Virus record (IMG/VR): IMGVR_UViG_3300017716_001911
Span: 1-35,345 of that record
Source: a virus
Taxonomy: Duplodnaviria; Caudoviricetes
Strand: one strand, 5' to 3'
DNA: 35,345 nt
This document shows positions 23,807 through 33,991 of this stretch, piece by piece. Made by a program: the position numbers and the translations under genes. The notes under the pieces are model-generated. The model was not told where the DNA came from. It saw only the letters and a program-made list of their open reading frames with translations, and ran no database searches. Within the stretch, counting starts at the first letter, position 1; each line of letters opens with the position of its first letter.

Positions 23807-23988
23807 CTGAGGGGTCGTTGGCTCGACAAGATTTTGCACGTGAGTATGGTGGATTTATGGAATTAATGTATTTACTTTGCAAGGGCGATTTCTTTAAAAT
23901 GGAATCAATAGACAAATGGGATACTTCAAAATTCCTTTATTTAGGTGAGTACTTACTACGAAAAAAGAATATAGAAAATATGCAATAA
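23689..23988 (+). CDS. -1 frame extension of the 23345 ORF (frameshift product C-terminus)
   Basis: Stop-free from 23689 to 23985 (...IKKPYEYLYNPPP...FAREYGGFMELMYLLCKGDF...NMQ*), ends in a TAATG overlap with 23988. Confidence 0.6.
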   Translation, partial: NHFVRGYENNAVFYQRVNEIKKPYEYLYNPPPTSSVGKVTEGSLARQDFAREYGGFMELMYLLCKGDFFKMESIDKWDTSKFLYLGEYLLRKKNIENMQ

Positions 23989-24437
23989 TGAACGAACTAC
24001 AAATACTTAACGACTTTGTAATTAATCACTTTGAAAGTGAGAATTTAATTAATACGATTACAATTGTACCAACTATAAATATAGATGCTAACAAAGAAAA
24101 CATTTACCCATTAGTTAACATTGATTTAATTAATACCGAAGTTTTATCTAATGCTATTATCGGTTCGTATAAATTAACTATCATTACCCAACGAGATATT
24201 CAGCCAAAAAAGACTAATAATAAATTGTTAACCGATACAAATTATTTAGATAACATAAATGAAACTCACGCAATTTGTGTTAAATTTGTAAATAATATAA
24301 CGAGATTGCATAACGATGAAAATATAATGATTGAAAACCTAACCACATTAAAAGCTTTAAAAAATTTGGGTGCTGGTGGATGCGATGGATTTCAATTTGA
24401 ATTTGATTTATCGATTCATAATAAACAAAAAGAGTAA
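23988..24437 (+). CDS. Putative tail terminator/completion protein
   Basis: 149 aa, YPLVNI motif, synteny. Confidence 0.5.
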   Translation: MNELQILNDFVINHFESENLINTITIVPTINIDANKENIYPLVNIDLINTEVLSNAIIGSYKLTIITQRDIQPKKTNNKLLTDTNYLDNINETHAICVKFVNNITRLHNDENIMIENLTTLKALKNLGAGGCDGFQFEFDLSIHNKQKE

Positions 24438-24481
24438 GCTGAAAATCTAAAGAGTAAGCATAACCATGAAAAATAAAGAAT

Positions 24482-24634
24482 ATGGTTTTATATTTTAACA
24501 AAAGAGATTTAGTAAGATTCGGAGAGTATTTACTAAGCGACAAAAGAAACGAAAGCGTTTCAGATTTAAACAAAAACAAAGTAACTCACGCAGACGTTGA
24601 AAACTTTTTGGAATCGATTAAAAAGATTGACTAA
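24482..24634 (+). CDS. Small hypothetical protein (50 aa, MVLYFNKRDLVRFGEYLLS...VTHADVENF)
   Basis: Read by eye; stop abuts ATG 24635. Confidence 0.65.
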   Translation: MVLYFNKRDLVRFGEYLLSDKRNESVSDLNKNKVTHADVENFLESIKKID

Positions 24635-25018
24635 ATGACAGAAGAACAAGTAAGAGCAATTGCGCAATCAATAGTAACGAAAGCCAAAGCAACTGCAAGA
24701 GTTGACCAAGGCACTTTAAAGCGTTCAATTGCTTTTACTTACATTAAAGGCGAGGTAATATTTAGGCAGATATACTGGGGACAATACGGAGATAACTCGC
24801 AGTTAGAGAAATTAGCCTCGCAATTTATGCCTTATGGCATTCCTTATAAAATTATATTAACTGAGTTAGGCGGTGGAACATTCGAAAAAGGTAAAACCAA
24901 ACAAGGTCGTACAAGTCAAAAGAAATCATTAGCATCAACTACTAAAACAATGACTCAAAAATATATAGCATCAATACTGAAAAAACGAAAAAAGGAAGAT
25001 GGCAAAGAGGAGGAGTAA
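24635..25018 (+). CDS. HK97 gp10-like neck/tail completion protein
   Basis: ARVDQGTLKRSI motif. Confidence 0.55.
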   Translation: MTEEQVRAIAQSIVTKAKATARVDQGTLKRSIAFTYIKGEVIFRQIYWGQYGDNSQLEKLASQFMPYGIPYKIILTELGGGTFEKGKTKQGRTSQKKSLASTTKTMTQKYIASILKKRKKEDGKEEE

Positions 25019-25319
25019 AGGACAATTAAAAGCGGATAAAATAATTAGAGAAGAACTTTTAAAAGTTGGTGATTTGATTATTGATGAGGCACGTCCAACA
25101 CTTCGCCGTGATACTGGTAGATTACAAGATGAGGTTAATTTTAGATTGAAAAGCGATACAGAACTTAATCTTTATCAATTGTACTACGGAGCGTTTAATT
25201 ATCCAAGAGGCGTAAACTCAGGCGAAAAAAACGCTTTATGGATTAAAACAAAAGAACTTATTCCAGAAGCAACAAAGAATATAATTAAAAATATTAATGA
25301 CCAAATAATTAAGAAATAA
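24999..25319 (+). CDS. Second HK97 gp10-like protein
   Basis: LRRDTGRLQDEV motif. Confidence 0.5.
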   Translation: MAKRRSKGQLKADKIIREELLKVGDLIIDEARPTLRRDTGRLQDEVNFRLKSDTELNLYQLYYGAFNYPRGVNSGEKNALWIKTKELIPEATKNIIKNINDQIIKK

Positions 25320-26645
25320 ATGGCAAGTGTTACAATTGACAATTACAATCCTATAAGCGGTTGCATTGATTTTACTATTGTGGGTTCGTCTACGTTAGTA
25401 ATATTAGACCGAAGTACAAACAACTTTCTAACGTACACGAGTGACTTAACACTTACTTTAGTTTCACCAGTTTGTGGTAAGTACTTTGAGGCTAATGAAC
25501 AATTTAGATTGCGTTTGTTTCCGGGTCAAGAAGTAAGTAATGTTATTACAACAGAATCGGGAGTAACACCAATTGAAAGTATTGAAGATATTTCATTTGT
25601 TAATTCACCGATACATATTCGACTTGAAAAATTAGGTATTACAAAAGCTACTTTAAAGTTATGGATTTGGAGAGGCGAATTAAACCAGCCGTTAGGAGCA
25701 CCAAATTACATATTCAAAAAAGACAGAGTTAGTGCAGAGGATAATTATATTAATATTGAAATTTCTGATCAAATAAAAGCGTTTATAATCGGTAAGAATA
25801 ACGAACCTAACTTTGCTTATAACGAATTAGGTTTGGCAGCCGTAAGTGGTCAGGGTGTTTTTTGGCAAGTACAAGCGGATATTGAAACCGAAACCGAAAT
25901 AGAACAGCGTAATTTTAGAACTTCATTCGCTACTTTAGGTTATCGCTACAATAACGAAGAAACTTTTACTTTACCTACTTTATGGCACGACGAACGTATT
26001 CACGACTATTTTAAACAATCATTCGATTTTACACAAAGTTTAGAAGATGCCACAAGTAGCAATATAATTTTAAAAACACCATTAACATCAACTTTAATTC
26101 GTGAGAGTTTAAACCCTTATTTAATCGCTTACTTAGATAAATATGGATTGTATCAACTATTCACACCAAACTCAAAAGTTCAAGTAGTAGAAACTATAAA
26201 GCGAGTTAACAATAATATTTCACATCGTGACCCAAGTATGGTAAATACTTCTTACGTACATAGTAAGAATGTTGCTGATATTGATAGTACGGCAACGTAC
26301 ACAATAGAAACTGGAGTGTTGACCGAAGAAATGGTAGAGGTGGTTCGTCAAATTGTTTATTCGCCAAAAGTTTATTTAATTAGATTTAAAGGCGACTTTC
26401 AAACCGATACAACAATAGGTATAACAATCGATAATACCTTTGTTACAATCGACGATACTACTATAACAATTGATAGTGAAACAATAGACACGGAATATTT
26501 AGGTTTCTTTAAATCGCACGAGCAAATACCAGTGATTTTAAAAGATACCGATTTCGAAAGAAAAAATAGGGTAAACGACAAAAACAAAATCGATTTCAAA
26601 TTAGTCTTTGAAGAAACAAATAACAAAATTCTCGACATAAGGTAA
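25320..26645 (+). CDS. Minor tail/distal tail structural protein
   Basis: 441 aa, upstream of the hub and tape measure genes. Confidence 0.55.
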   Translation: MASVTIDNYNPISGCIDFTIVGSSTLVILDRSTNNFLTYTSDLTLTLVSPVCGKYFEANEQFRLRLFPGQEVSNVITTESGVTPIESIEDISFVNSPIHIRLEKLGITKATLKLWIWRGELNQPLGAPNYIFKKDRVSAEDNYINIEISDQIKAFIIGKNNEPNFAYNELGLAAVSGQGVFWQVQADIETETEIEQRNFRTSFATLGYRYNNEETFTLPTLWHDERIHDYFKQSFDFTQSLEDATSSNIILKTPLTSTLIRESLNPYLIAYLDKYGLYQLFTPNSKVQVVETIKRVNNNISHRDPSMVNTSYVHSKNVADIDSTATYTIETGVLTEEMVEVVRQIVYSPKVYLIRFKGDFQTDTTIGITIDNTFVTIDDTTITIDSETIDTEYLGFFKSHEQIPVILKDTDFERKNRVNDKNKIDFKLVFEETNNKILDIR

Positions 26646-28789
26646 TGACTATAATCACAGAAATTTACGTATCAATTGATAATCTAACTTTTACTAAGTT
26701 GGATTTGTATAAAGATGAAAGTATATCTTTAAAACTTAGTAAAAAAGATTTACAAGATATTACGAAAGTCTTTGCGCCGTTTAGTCAAAATTTTTCAATC
26801 CCAGCAACCGACAAAAACAAAAAAGCATTGGATTTTTTCGGTAATACTGAGCTACAAAAAAACATTACCGACAATAAACTTAAATGCAAAATCTATACTA
26901 ATGGAATTTTAAACCAACAAGGGATTTTGAAAATAGAGGGCGTTAAGTATAAAAATGATAAAGCCGATAGTTTTACGGCAAGTTTTAATACTGAATTTCT
27001 AAGTTTAAAAGATAGGATAGGAGACGATACGATTAGTAATTTAAGTAATAATAATGAGGTAAGTTGGAAACCTGATAACGTTTACAATCGTTTAAAATCT
27101 ACTTCTATTGTTAACGGTATTCGTTACTATATTCCTTTATGGTCAAACAACAGAGTTTGGACAAGGGTAGAGGGCGAGGACAGTGTAAATAATATTGATA
27201 ATATTATTTACAACGCAAGTAACAACCCTAACAAAGACCGAGTTATTAACATTGACGAGTTACGCCCGAGTATTGATGTGGTTTCAATTATCAATCTAAT
27301 TAAAACAAAATATAATCTTAATATCGATATTCCATTAGCTACAAAAGACGAGTTAAAAGAGTTGTTTGTTTGGTGCAATGGCAACAATTTAGCAAGTTTA
27401 CAATCAAAGAAACTCATCATAAATAAACAATTTGTAAACGATAAACCTATAGACTTAGGTAAAGCGGTTGCGAACTTTACAGATAGTTCGGTAAAAATAA
27501 CCAAGAACGCATCGGTTAATTTTTGTGAGTTTGGAATTAAATTAAAAGACGTAGTTTGTGGCGATGAAAATTCAACTGCAACTATAACCGTAGATTTTGT
27601 ACGAAAGTCTGATAATATTTCTATTATAAGCTACGATATTGAAGTTAAGAATGGCGACAATGATTTCAGACCTGATATTCCTATTGTGTTTTTTGATGGG
27701 GATGAGTTCGAATTTTATGTTTATTTCAGAGTTTCAAAACCTATATTTTGGAAGTCAATGGATACAAGGATTTTTTATAGACGTCCTTTTTCAAATCCGT
27801 CAACACCAACAACGGCAACAAGCAGTTATACTAATTCAATCAATAGCGATGCTACTGGTTGCCACCTTGCGAACTTAATAACGTCTTTACCAAATGTTAA
27901 AGTGATTGATTTCTTAACATCATTTTTAAAAACCTTTAATTTATCTATTTACGACTCAAGCCCAAGTGATGAAAATCTTTTATTTTTATCGCCTGACGAT
28001 ATTAGCACACCGAATAAAATATATTCGAAATTAGAAAGTGACTATACACTTTATGCCGATAAAAAAGAAGTTCCAAAAAGCGTAAATAATCCTTATAACT
28101 ACTATAATTTCAAACACAAAACAAGTAATTATAGAAGTAATAGAGATTTCAAAAAGCAGTTTAACGTCGAATACGGACAAATTTATTATCCATTAGTAAA
28201 ACCAACGAAACCAAATGAGTTTAAAGTTGAAACAGAATTTAGTATAGTTCCACCTATTTACATAAACGGCTCACAAATTTATACTTCTTATGGTTTCACT
28301 TCTGAAAATCCATCAATAGTAGACAATGACAAGGTAAGATATTCACCAAATTTAGACGAATTAACTCTTATGTACTATCACGGAGCGGAAACTATACCCG
28401 CTTTAAGTTGTCAGAATGTAAGTAGTTCGGATGTATTAATTAATTCGAGTTTAACGCAATACATTAAGTCAATGCCGTATTGCAAACAAAATAATAATTC
28501 ATTAGCATTTTCAGTTTTACGAATTGAAAATGTAGATTATATCAAAAATTTATATTCTCTTTACTACTCTAAATTTATAGGTAGGCTTTTAAATATAAAT
28601 GCATTATCACAAATCTATACTTTAAATTTACCAAGCAACGAGATTTATATAAACGATGCAGAGCCTTTACGACCTAAAGGATTTCGTTTGCAAAATGATA
28701 TTGTAATTGGAGAAACACGTTTCGAAACACTTGAGGCAAATATAGACGTAACAACTGGTAAAACTAAATTAACACTTTTAAACTATTAA
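26645..28789 (+). CDS. Tail tip/baseplate hub protein
   Basis: LDLYKDESI...DITK...FSQNFSIPAT..N N-terminus typical of Bacteroidota siphophage tail proteins. Confidence 0.65.
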   Translation: MTIITEIYVSIDNLTFTKLDLYKDESISLKLSKKDLQDITKVFAPFSQNFSIPATDKNKKALDFFGNTELQKNITDNKLKCKIYTNGILNQQGILKIEGVKYKNDKADSFTASFNTEFLSLKDRIGDDTISNLSNNNEVSWKPDNVYNRLKSTSIVNGIRYYIPLWSNNRVWTRVEGEDSVNNIDNIIYNASNNPNKDRVINIDELRPSIDVVSIINLIKTKYNLNIDIPLATKDELKELFVWCNGNNLASLQSKKLIINKQFVNDKPIDLGKAVANFTDSSVKITKNASVNFCEFGIKLKDVVCGDENSTATITVDFVRKSDNISIISYDIEVKNGDNDFRPDIPIVFFDGDEFEFYVYFRVSKPIFWKSMDTRIFYRRPFSNPSTPTTATSSYTNSINSDATGCHLANLITSLPNVKVIDFLTSFLKTFNLSIYDSSPSDENLLFLSPDDISTPNKIYSKLESDYTLYADKKEVPKSVNNPYNYYNFKHKTSNYRSNRDFKKQFNVEYGQIYYPLVKPTKPNEFKVETEFSIVPPIYINGSQIYTSYGFTSENPSIVDNDKVRYSPNLDELTLMYYHGAETIPALSCQNVSSSDVLINSSLTQYIKSMPYCKQNNNSLAFSVLRIENVDYIKNLYSLYYSKFIGRLLNINALSQIYTLNLPSNEIYINDAEPLRPKGFRLQNDIVIGETRFETLEANIDVTTGKTKLTLLNY

Positions 28790-28790
28790 G

Positions 28791-30857
28791 ATGGCAGAGT
28801 TCGAAGACATTAATCAAAATATAAATCTTAAATACACAACCAACGCGGATGACACCGCTAAAGAAGTTGTAAAGTTAGACGATGCACAAGAAAGCGTTAC
28901 ACGTTCAACACAAGCCAACACGAAAGCAACAAAAGAAAATACCGAAAGTCAAAAATCTTTTAAAACTCAAATTCGTGAGGCGACGCAAGACTTGTTAAAA
29001 GTGTCACAACAATATGGCGAAACTTCAAAAGAGGCGGTTGAGGCAGCTAAAAAGGTTGCACAACTTAAGGATCAAATGGGTTTCGCAAATGATTTAGTTG
29101 AGGGCTTTAATCCTGACAGAAAGTTTCAATCTATGGCAACGGCGGTTAATGCAGCAGCAGTAGCGACTTCGGGTATTACTTCGGGAATGGCTTTATTTGG
29201 TGCAGAAAATGCAGAAACCGAAAAGACACTTTTAAAGGTACAGGCTGCAATGGCTTTCAGTGATTCAATCGGACGTATCACAGAATTAACAGACGATTTT
29301 CAAAAGTTAAAAGCACAAGTAGTAAGCACGTTCACGGCATTAGCAACTACAAAGGCGGTTGATACAACGGCAACGGAAGTTAACACGGCATCCAATATAA
29401 AGAACACTGCAGCTAAAGAGGCGGGTGCAGTTGGTAGTACATTAATGGCTGGTGGCTTTACTATTCAAACAGTTGCTACAACGGCTGCAACAATAGCCAC
29501 AAACATACTTAACGCATCATTAGCGGTTTTATTAAGTCCTATTACTTTAGTGATAGCAGCTATTGCGGGATTAGTAGCGGGTATTGCTTATTTATCGGGT
29601 GCAATTGGTGACTTTAGTGGTGAGGCAGCAGCAGCGGAAAAAGCAAATTTAAAACTATCTAAAGAAATTGATAACCTCGCAAAGTCAAGTAAAAAAGCAA
29701 ACGAAGAAACTAAATTCCACAATGAAAATCAGATTGCAATGGCTAAGGCGTCGGGCGCAAGTGCTGAGGCTATTCGTAAACTAAAAGAAGAATTAATTAA
29801 CCAAGAGGTTGCAGAAAAAAACTTAAACGTTCAAAAGGCACGTTCTATTTTTTTAGACGCTCGAAGAATTGCAAGTTCAGAAGATGCAACGGACGCACAA
29901 AAAGAAACGGCAAAACGTGCTTACGAAGAATTTAAAAATCAAAATGAAATCTACGAGGATAGTATTAAAGAACGTAGAAAATTAAACGCTCAAAATCGTA
30001 TTGAAGTAAGGCAAGAAGAAACAGACAGACGAAAAGAAGCCGAAGAAAAAGAAAAAGAACATTTAAAAAAGTTACAAGACGAAAGAGATAGGGCAGTAGA
30101 AGAAGCACGTAAAAAACGTGAAGAAGATTATAAAAAACAATTAGCGGAAAAAGCAGCGTTTGACAAAGCCGTTAACGATGCAGATACAAATCAATATTTT
30201 TTAGCACAAGAGCAAAGAGTTGAAGATGCACAAAATCAATTAAAATGGCAAACGGAATTTTCAGACCTTACAACTGAAATTGCAAACAAAGAAGCCGAAG
30301 ATAAAATAAATATTGAAAAGGCGGTTGCTGAACAAAAACAAGCTATTCAAGAAGCTCAAACAAATTTAGCGGATAAGGCAGTTGGGTTTTTAAGTGCAAT
30401 AGCTGGTAAAAATAAAGCATTACAAAAAGCGGCTATTATAGCAGAAAATGCAGTAGGTATTGGTAAAATGATTATTGCAAATAATGCGGCTAATATTGGA
30501 GCTTTAGCAACACCACAAGCGATTGCAACAAGTGGAGCAAGTGCTGCACCAGTTATAGCAGCAAATAATATTTCTACTGGTTTAGGTGTTGCAACCACAA
30601 TAGCTGCAACTGCAAAAGCATTGAGCGCATTGGGAGGTGGCGGTTCGGCTGGTGGAGGTGGAGGTCAATCCGCATCAAGTCCAAGCGCATCAGGAACACC
30701 AAGCGTAGGTTTTCAAAATAGTACCGAAAACCAAATCGCAAACCAAGTTACAAATGGAATTAATACACAAGAACCAGTTAAAGCGTTCGTAGTTTCTCAA
30801 GAAGTTACAACGGCTCAAAGTTTAGATAGAAATAAAATTGAAGCAAATAGTATTTAA
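28791..30857 (+). CDS. Tail tape measure protein
   Basis: 688 aa, Ala-rich helical/coiled-coil, hydrophobic segments, C-terminal KAFVVSQEVT. Confidence 0.85.
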   Translation: MAEFEDINQNINLKYTTNADDTAKEVVKLDDAQESVTRSTQANTKATKENTESQKSFKTQIREATQDLLKVSQQYGETSKEAVEAAKKVAQLKDQMGFANDLVEGFNPDRKFQSMATAVNAAAVATSGITSGMALFGAENAETEKTLLKVQAAMAFSDSIGRITELTDDFQKLKAQVVSTFTALATTKAVDTTATEVNTASNIKNTAAKEAGAVGSTLMAGGFTIQTVATTAATIATNILNASLAVLLSPITLVIAAIAGLVAGIAYLSGAIGDFSGEAAAAEKANLKLSKEIDNLAKSSKKANEETKFHNENQIAMAKASGASAEAIRKLKEELINQEVAEKNLNVQKARSIFLDARRIASSEDATDAQKETAKRAYEEFKNQNEIYEDSIKERRKLNAQNRIEVRQEETDRRKEAEEKEKEHLKKLQDERDRAVEEARKKREEDYKKQLAEKAAFDKAVNDADTNQYFLAQEQRVEDAQNQLKWQTEFSDLTTEIANKEAEDKINIEKAVAEQKQAIQEAQTNLADKAVGFLSAIAGKNKALQKAAIIAENAVGIGKMIIANNAANIGALATPQAIATSGASAAPVIAANNISTGLGVATTIAATAKALSALGGGGSAGGGGGQSASSPSASGTPSVGFQNSTENQIANQVTNGINTQEPVKAFVVSQEVTTAQSLDRNKIEANSI

Positions 30858-30872
30858 TTAAAAAAATTTATT

Positions 30873-30988
30873 TATATTTGTTCCAAATAATTGTGTGAAG
30901 TTGCACAAAGCAGATTAAAGGACGTGAAAAATTTTTGTTTGGTTAGTAATTTTAAAAGCTTATTCGAGTAATCGGATAGGCTTTTTTT
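30873..30988 (+). promoter_or_regulatory. Promoter plus structured leader/sRNA plus terminator before the head genes
   Basis: TATATTTG 30873; hairpin TTGTGTGA/TTGCACAA; terminator AAAAGCTTATTCGA-GTAA-TCGGATAGGC-T7 at 30954-30988. Confidence 0.6.
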
Positions 30989-31001
30989 ACATTTATAATT
31001 T

Positions 31002-31970
31002 ATGGAACACCCGATATATGAATTTATTATTAATCCAGAAAGTGAACACTTTACAACGTCTTTAGTTAAAGACCCAGCAGTTGAGAGTACGCTAATGTAT
31101 TTTAATAGTGAAACTGAAAAGCCTATATTCTTTGCAAACGAAGAAAAAAGGGTTATTTATGCCGTTGCAATGCGTCCAAATAAGTTAATATTCCGTAAAG
31201 AAACCGATAAAATACCAGCGCATTACGGCTTTTTTAGTGCTGAAAGTATTGAAAAGTTTCAAGAGAATTACGCAAAGCACAAAGGCGACAATAGAGTAAA
31301 TGTAAACCATACCGAAACACCAATAAACGGAGTTTTTAAAATAGAAAATTGGATTGTTAAAGATGCTGAAATTGATAAATCTAAGGCGTTGGGATTGTCT
31401 ACAGAAGTAGGGGATTTAATACAAGGTTTTAAGATTGAAAATGATGAGGTTTGGCAACAATGCAAGAGCGGTAATTTAGATGGTTTAAGCATTGAGGCGT
31501 CTTTAGGGCGTAAGTTAGTAAGTAATTTTAAAACAGAAATAGAAATGAGTAAAGAAAAAAATCCAGAAACTTTTTGGAATCTTTGCAAAACTTTTTTCTC
31601 TGGTGATGCAGCCGCAGAGGTTGAAGAAACCGAAGAAGAAAAAGCTGCAAGATTAGAAGCTGAGAAAATGGCAGAAGAAGAAACGCCACCAGCAGCAGAA
31701 GAAACCAAAGTTGACTACGAAGCGGAAAACGAAATGTTGAAAGCTAAAGTTGCAGACTTAGAAGCGAAATTGGCAACAATGGAAGCTGACAAAGTAAAAG
31801 AAGAGGCGGAACTTGAAACAATGAAAAAACAAGTTGAGAAAATCGAATCTGATTTTGCAAAATTCAAAAGCGAAATTCCAGCAGCTCCATCAATTGTAAA
31901 CGCACCAGTTGAGGTAGTTCAACATCCTAACAAGGCATTAGAAAAATTTAGATTACAAAAAAACAATTAA
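31002..31970 (+). CDS. XkdF-like prohead serine protease fused to an acidic coiled-coil scaffold
   Basis: SLVKDPAVE, EKRVIYAVAMRPN, WQQCKSGNLDGLSIEA; Glu/Ala-rich C-terminus; precedes the capsid gene. Confidence 0.8.
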   Translation: MEHPIYEFIINPESEHFTTSLVKDPAVESTLMYFNSETEKPIFFANEEKRVIYAVAMRPNKLIFRKETDKIPAHYGFFSAESIEKFQENYAKHKGDNRVNVNHTETPINGVFKIENWIVKDAEIDKSKALGLSTEVGDLIQGFKIENDEVWQQCKSGNLDGLSIEASLGRKLVSNFKTEIEMSKEKNPETFWNLCKTFFSGDAAAEVEETEEEKAARLEAEKMAEEETPPAAEETKVDYEAENEMLKAKVADLEAKLATMEADKVKEEAELETMKKQVEKIESDFAKFKSEIPAAPSIVNAPVEVVQHPNKALEKFRLQKNN

Positions 31971-31985
31971 TAAAATTTAAAAACA

Positions 31986-33008
31986 ATGGCAATAACTTAT
32001 AACAAAGTAGACATTAGAGGTATAGCAGCCGAGCCGATTATCGAAGAAATCTTATTCGAAAATCAAACAATAGCTAAAGGTTTAGTAACGTTTGAAACAG
32101 ACGTAAAAGCAGAAACAATTTTCACAGAGGCGAGTGCAACTGCAACTCTTCAAGAGTTTGTGTGCGGTGTTCCAACAAGTGCGGGTGAATTAAGCGCATT
32201 TGACTCAGTAGTAACACCAAAGAAAGCGATGTTCTACCAAGAATTTTGCCCAGACAATTTACGTTTCTCACGTTTTAAAAGAGATATGGCAGCGGGTGCT
32301 TGGAACAATATGAGTTCAGAATTTGAGCGTGTTGTTATCGGTGGTATCTATGCAAAGAAAATGGCTTTAGCATTAGAGAATGAATTTTGGAATGGAGCAA
32401 CGGCAGCGACTAAAACGGCAGTAGCAGCATTAACAGCTGGAACTGGTCAGAACGCAGTAGGAGCAGCAGAAAAAACAGCAGTGGCTGCATTAACTGCATC
32501 TCAAATTGATGGCGTTTTAGTTAAAATGATTTACAATGATTCTAACGCAACAGCAACAGCTGGATTAGGTACACGTATTAAAGTAGCTGGAACAACTATC
32601 ACGGCTGCAAATATTAAAGCTGAGTTTGACAAAATTTATGCTGCAATTCCAGCGGAGGTTTTGGCTAATGATGAGCAACCAATTATCTATGCACCGAAAA
32701 ACATTAAGCAATTAATCGTTGCAGCAAACAATGTAACTTCTGATTTCAACAGACCATTCGTAGTGAATGAGGCTGCGACTGAATTTAGATTCAACGGATT
32801 GTTAATTGAGTTCGTTCCGCTTCCAAATAACGCAATTATCGCAGCTTTAAAATCACACTTATTTTGGGTTACTGATTTAGCAAGTGATAACAACACAATG
32901 AAAATTGATAGAATTGCAGAAAACAGAGAGGATATGTTTATCAAATCTGTATTGTCAATTGGTGCTCACGTAGCAAATCAAAAGTTTAACGTTTTATACG
33001 TAGGATAA
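31986..33008 (+). CDS. Major capsid protein
   Basis: 340 aa after protease/scaffold, ENEFWNG motif, followed by a terminator. Confidence 0.8.
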   Translation: MAITYNKVDIRGIAAEPIIEEILFENQTIAKGLVTFETDVKAETIFTEASATATLQEFVCGVPTSAGELSAFDSVVTPKKAMFYQEFCPDNLRFSRFKRDMAAGAWNNMSSEFERVVIGGIYAKKMALALENEFWNGATAATKTAVAALTAGTGQNAVGAAEKTAVAALTASQIDGVLVKMIYNDSNATATAGLGTRIKVAGTTITAANIKAEFDKIYAAIPAEVLANDEQPIIYAPKNIKQLIVAANNVTSDFNRPFVVNEAATEFRFNGLLIEFVPLPNNAIIAALKSHLFWVTDLASDNNTMKIDRIAENREDMFIKSVLSIGAHVANQKFNVLYVG

Positions 33009-33017
33009 TAAATTAAC

Positions 33018-33041
33018 AAGGGCGTGAAATATCGCCCTTTT
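33018..33041 (+). terminator. Intrinsic terminator after capsid gene
   Basis: AAGGGCG-N8-CGCCCTTTT. Confidence 0.7.
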
Positions 33042-33056
33042 AAAACATTTTAAAAT

Positions 33057-33605
33057 ATGCCAACGACATTAACAAAATCGGTAAAATTAAAAGACCAATC
33101 TACACAAGCTGGAGTTCGTGCCATTGGTGTGGGTGCTTTTAATTCAACAAACCGAATAGTAACTACACCAACTGGAGTTACTGACTTAGCTACATATTTT
33201 CCAGCGACTTCAATCGCTCGTTTAGAGGTTAAAAATACAACTACAAATTATGTTGAAACTGGGATAAGTGGAGGCGATAATAGAAACGTAGGATATAATG
33301 GAGCGATTACGGTTTTCTTTTCAGAGCCTAAAGGTGCTGAATTAGAAATTGCAAACTTAATGACTCAATTAACGAAATACGAAAATGTAATCTTTTTAGA
33401 GTATTACGATGGGACGGTTAAGGCTATTGGTTCGCAAAATGGCGCATTAGCATCAGCACCGATTTATAATAGCGGTGGAACAATCGGAGATTTCAAAGGC
33501 GGTCAAATTACCATTAATACAATGGAGGCGGATTTATCAAGTCTTTATATCTTAACTGGTGACGCTCTTACAGATTACGCAACAGCGTTAAAAACTTACG
33601 TATAG
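33057..33605 (+). CDS. Putative major tail (tube) protein
   Basis: 182 aa, T/G-rich beta protein after the capsid gene, with its own terminator. Confidence 0.6.
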   Translation: MPTTLTKSVKLKDQSTQAGVRAIGVGAFNSTNRIVTTPTGVTDLATYFPATSIARLEVKNTTTNYVETGISGGDNRNVGYNGAITVFFSEPKGAELEIANLMTQLTKYENVIFLEYYDGTVKAIGSQNGALASAPIYNSGGTIGDFKGGQITINTMEADLSSLYILTGDALTDYATALKTYV

Positions 33606-33620
33606 TAGAACATTATTAAT

Positions 33621-33650
33621 AAAAGCCTATCAATATGGTAGGCTTTTTTT
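33621..33650 (+). terminator. Intrinsic terminator
   Basis: AAAAGCCTATCA-ATA-TGGTAGGC followed by T7. Confidence 0.8.
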
Positions 33651-33664
33651 ATACCAAAATCAAA

Positions 33665-33991
33665 ATGAAAGTACTTTTTTTAAATGAGCCGTTAACTTTT
33701 TCGTGTATTCCACGTAAATACAACTTCGAAACTCTTTCATTAACCCTACGAAATGAACTTACAGACGTAGAAATAACACCCGAAATCACATATACGATTG
33801 ACAATAAGCTAAATATTACAATCGATGAACAACCTACTGACTTTACAATACAAAATAAATACGAATTTACTCTTAAAGATGGCGATTATTTGCTATATTG
33901 TGGTAAATTAATCGTATTAAAACAAGACACTGACGTACAGAATTACGAATATAACACGCAAAAAGATGAGTATTTCCAATTCAAAGAATAA
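33665..33991 (+). CDS. Hypothetical structural protein
   Basis: ATG 33665 preferred because 33635 lies inside the terminator. Confidence 0.65.
   Translation: MKVLFLNEPLTFSCIPRKYNFETLSLTLRNELTDVEITPEITYTIDNKLNITIDEQPTDFTIQNKYEFTLKDGDYLLYCGKLIVLKQDTDVQNYEYNTQKDEYFQFKE

Noticed and set aside
24429-24459. 11-bp direct repeat AAAGAGTAAGC x2
   Set aside because: Too short and isolated to interpret; likely a local duplication
1438-32944. Minus-strand ORFs in the track (e.g. 3809-4267, 13409-13654, 24280-24579, 31268-31708)
   Set aside because: They are shadows of well-supported + strand genes, with no recognisable motifs
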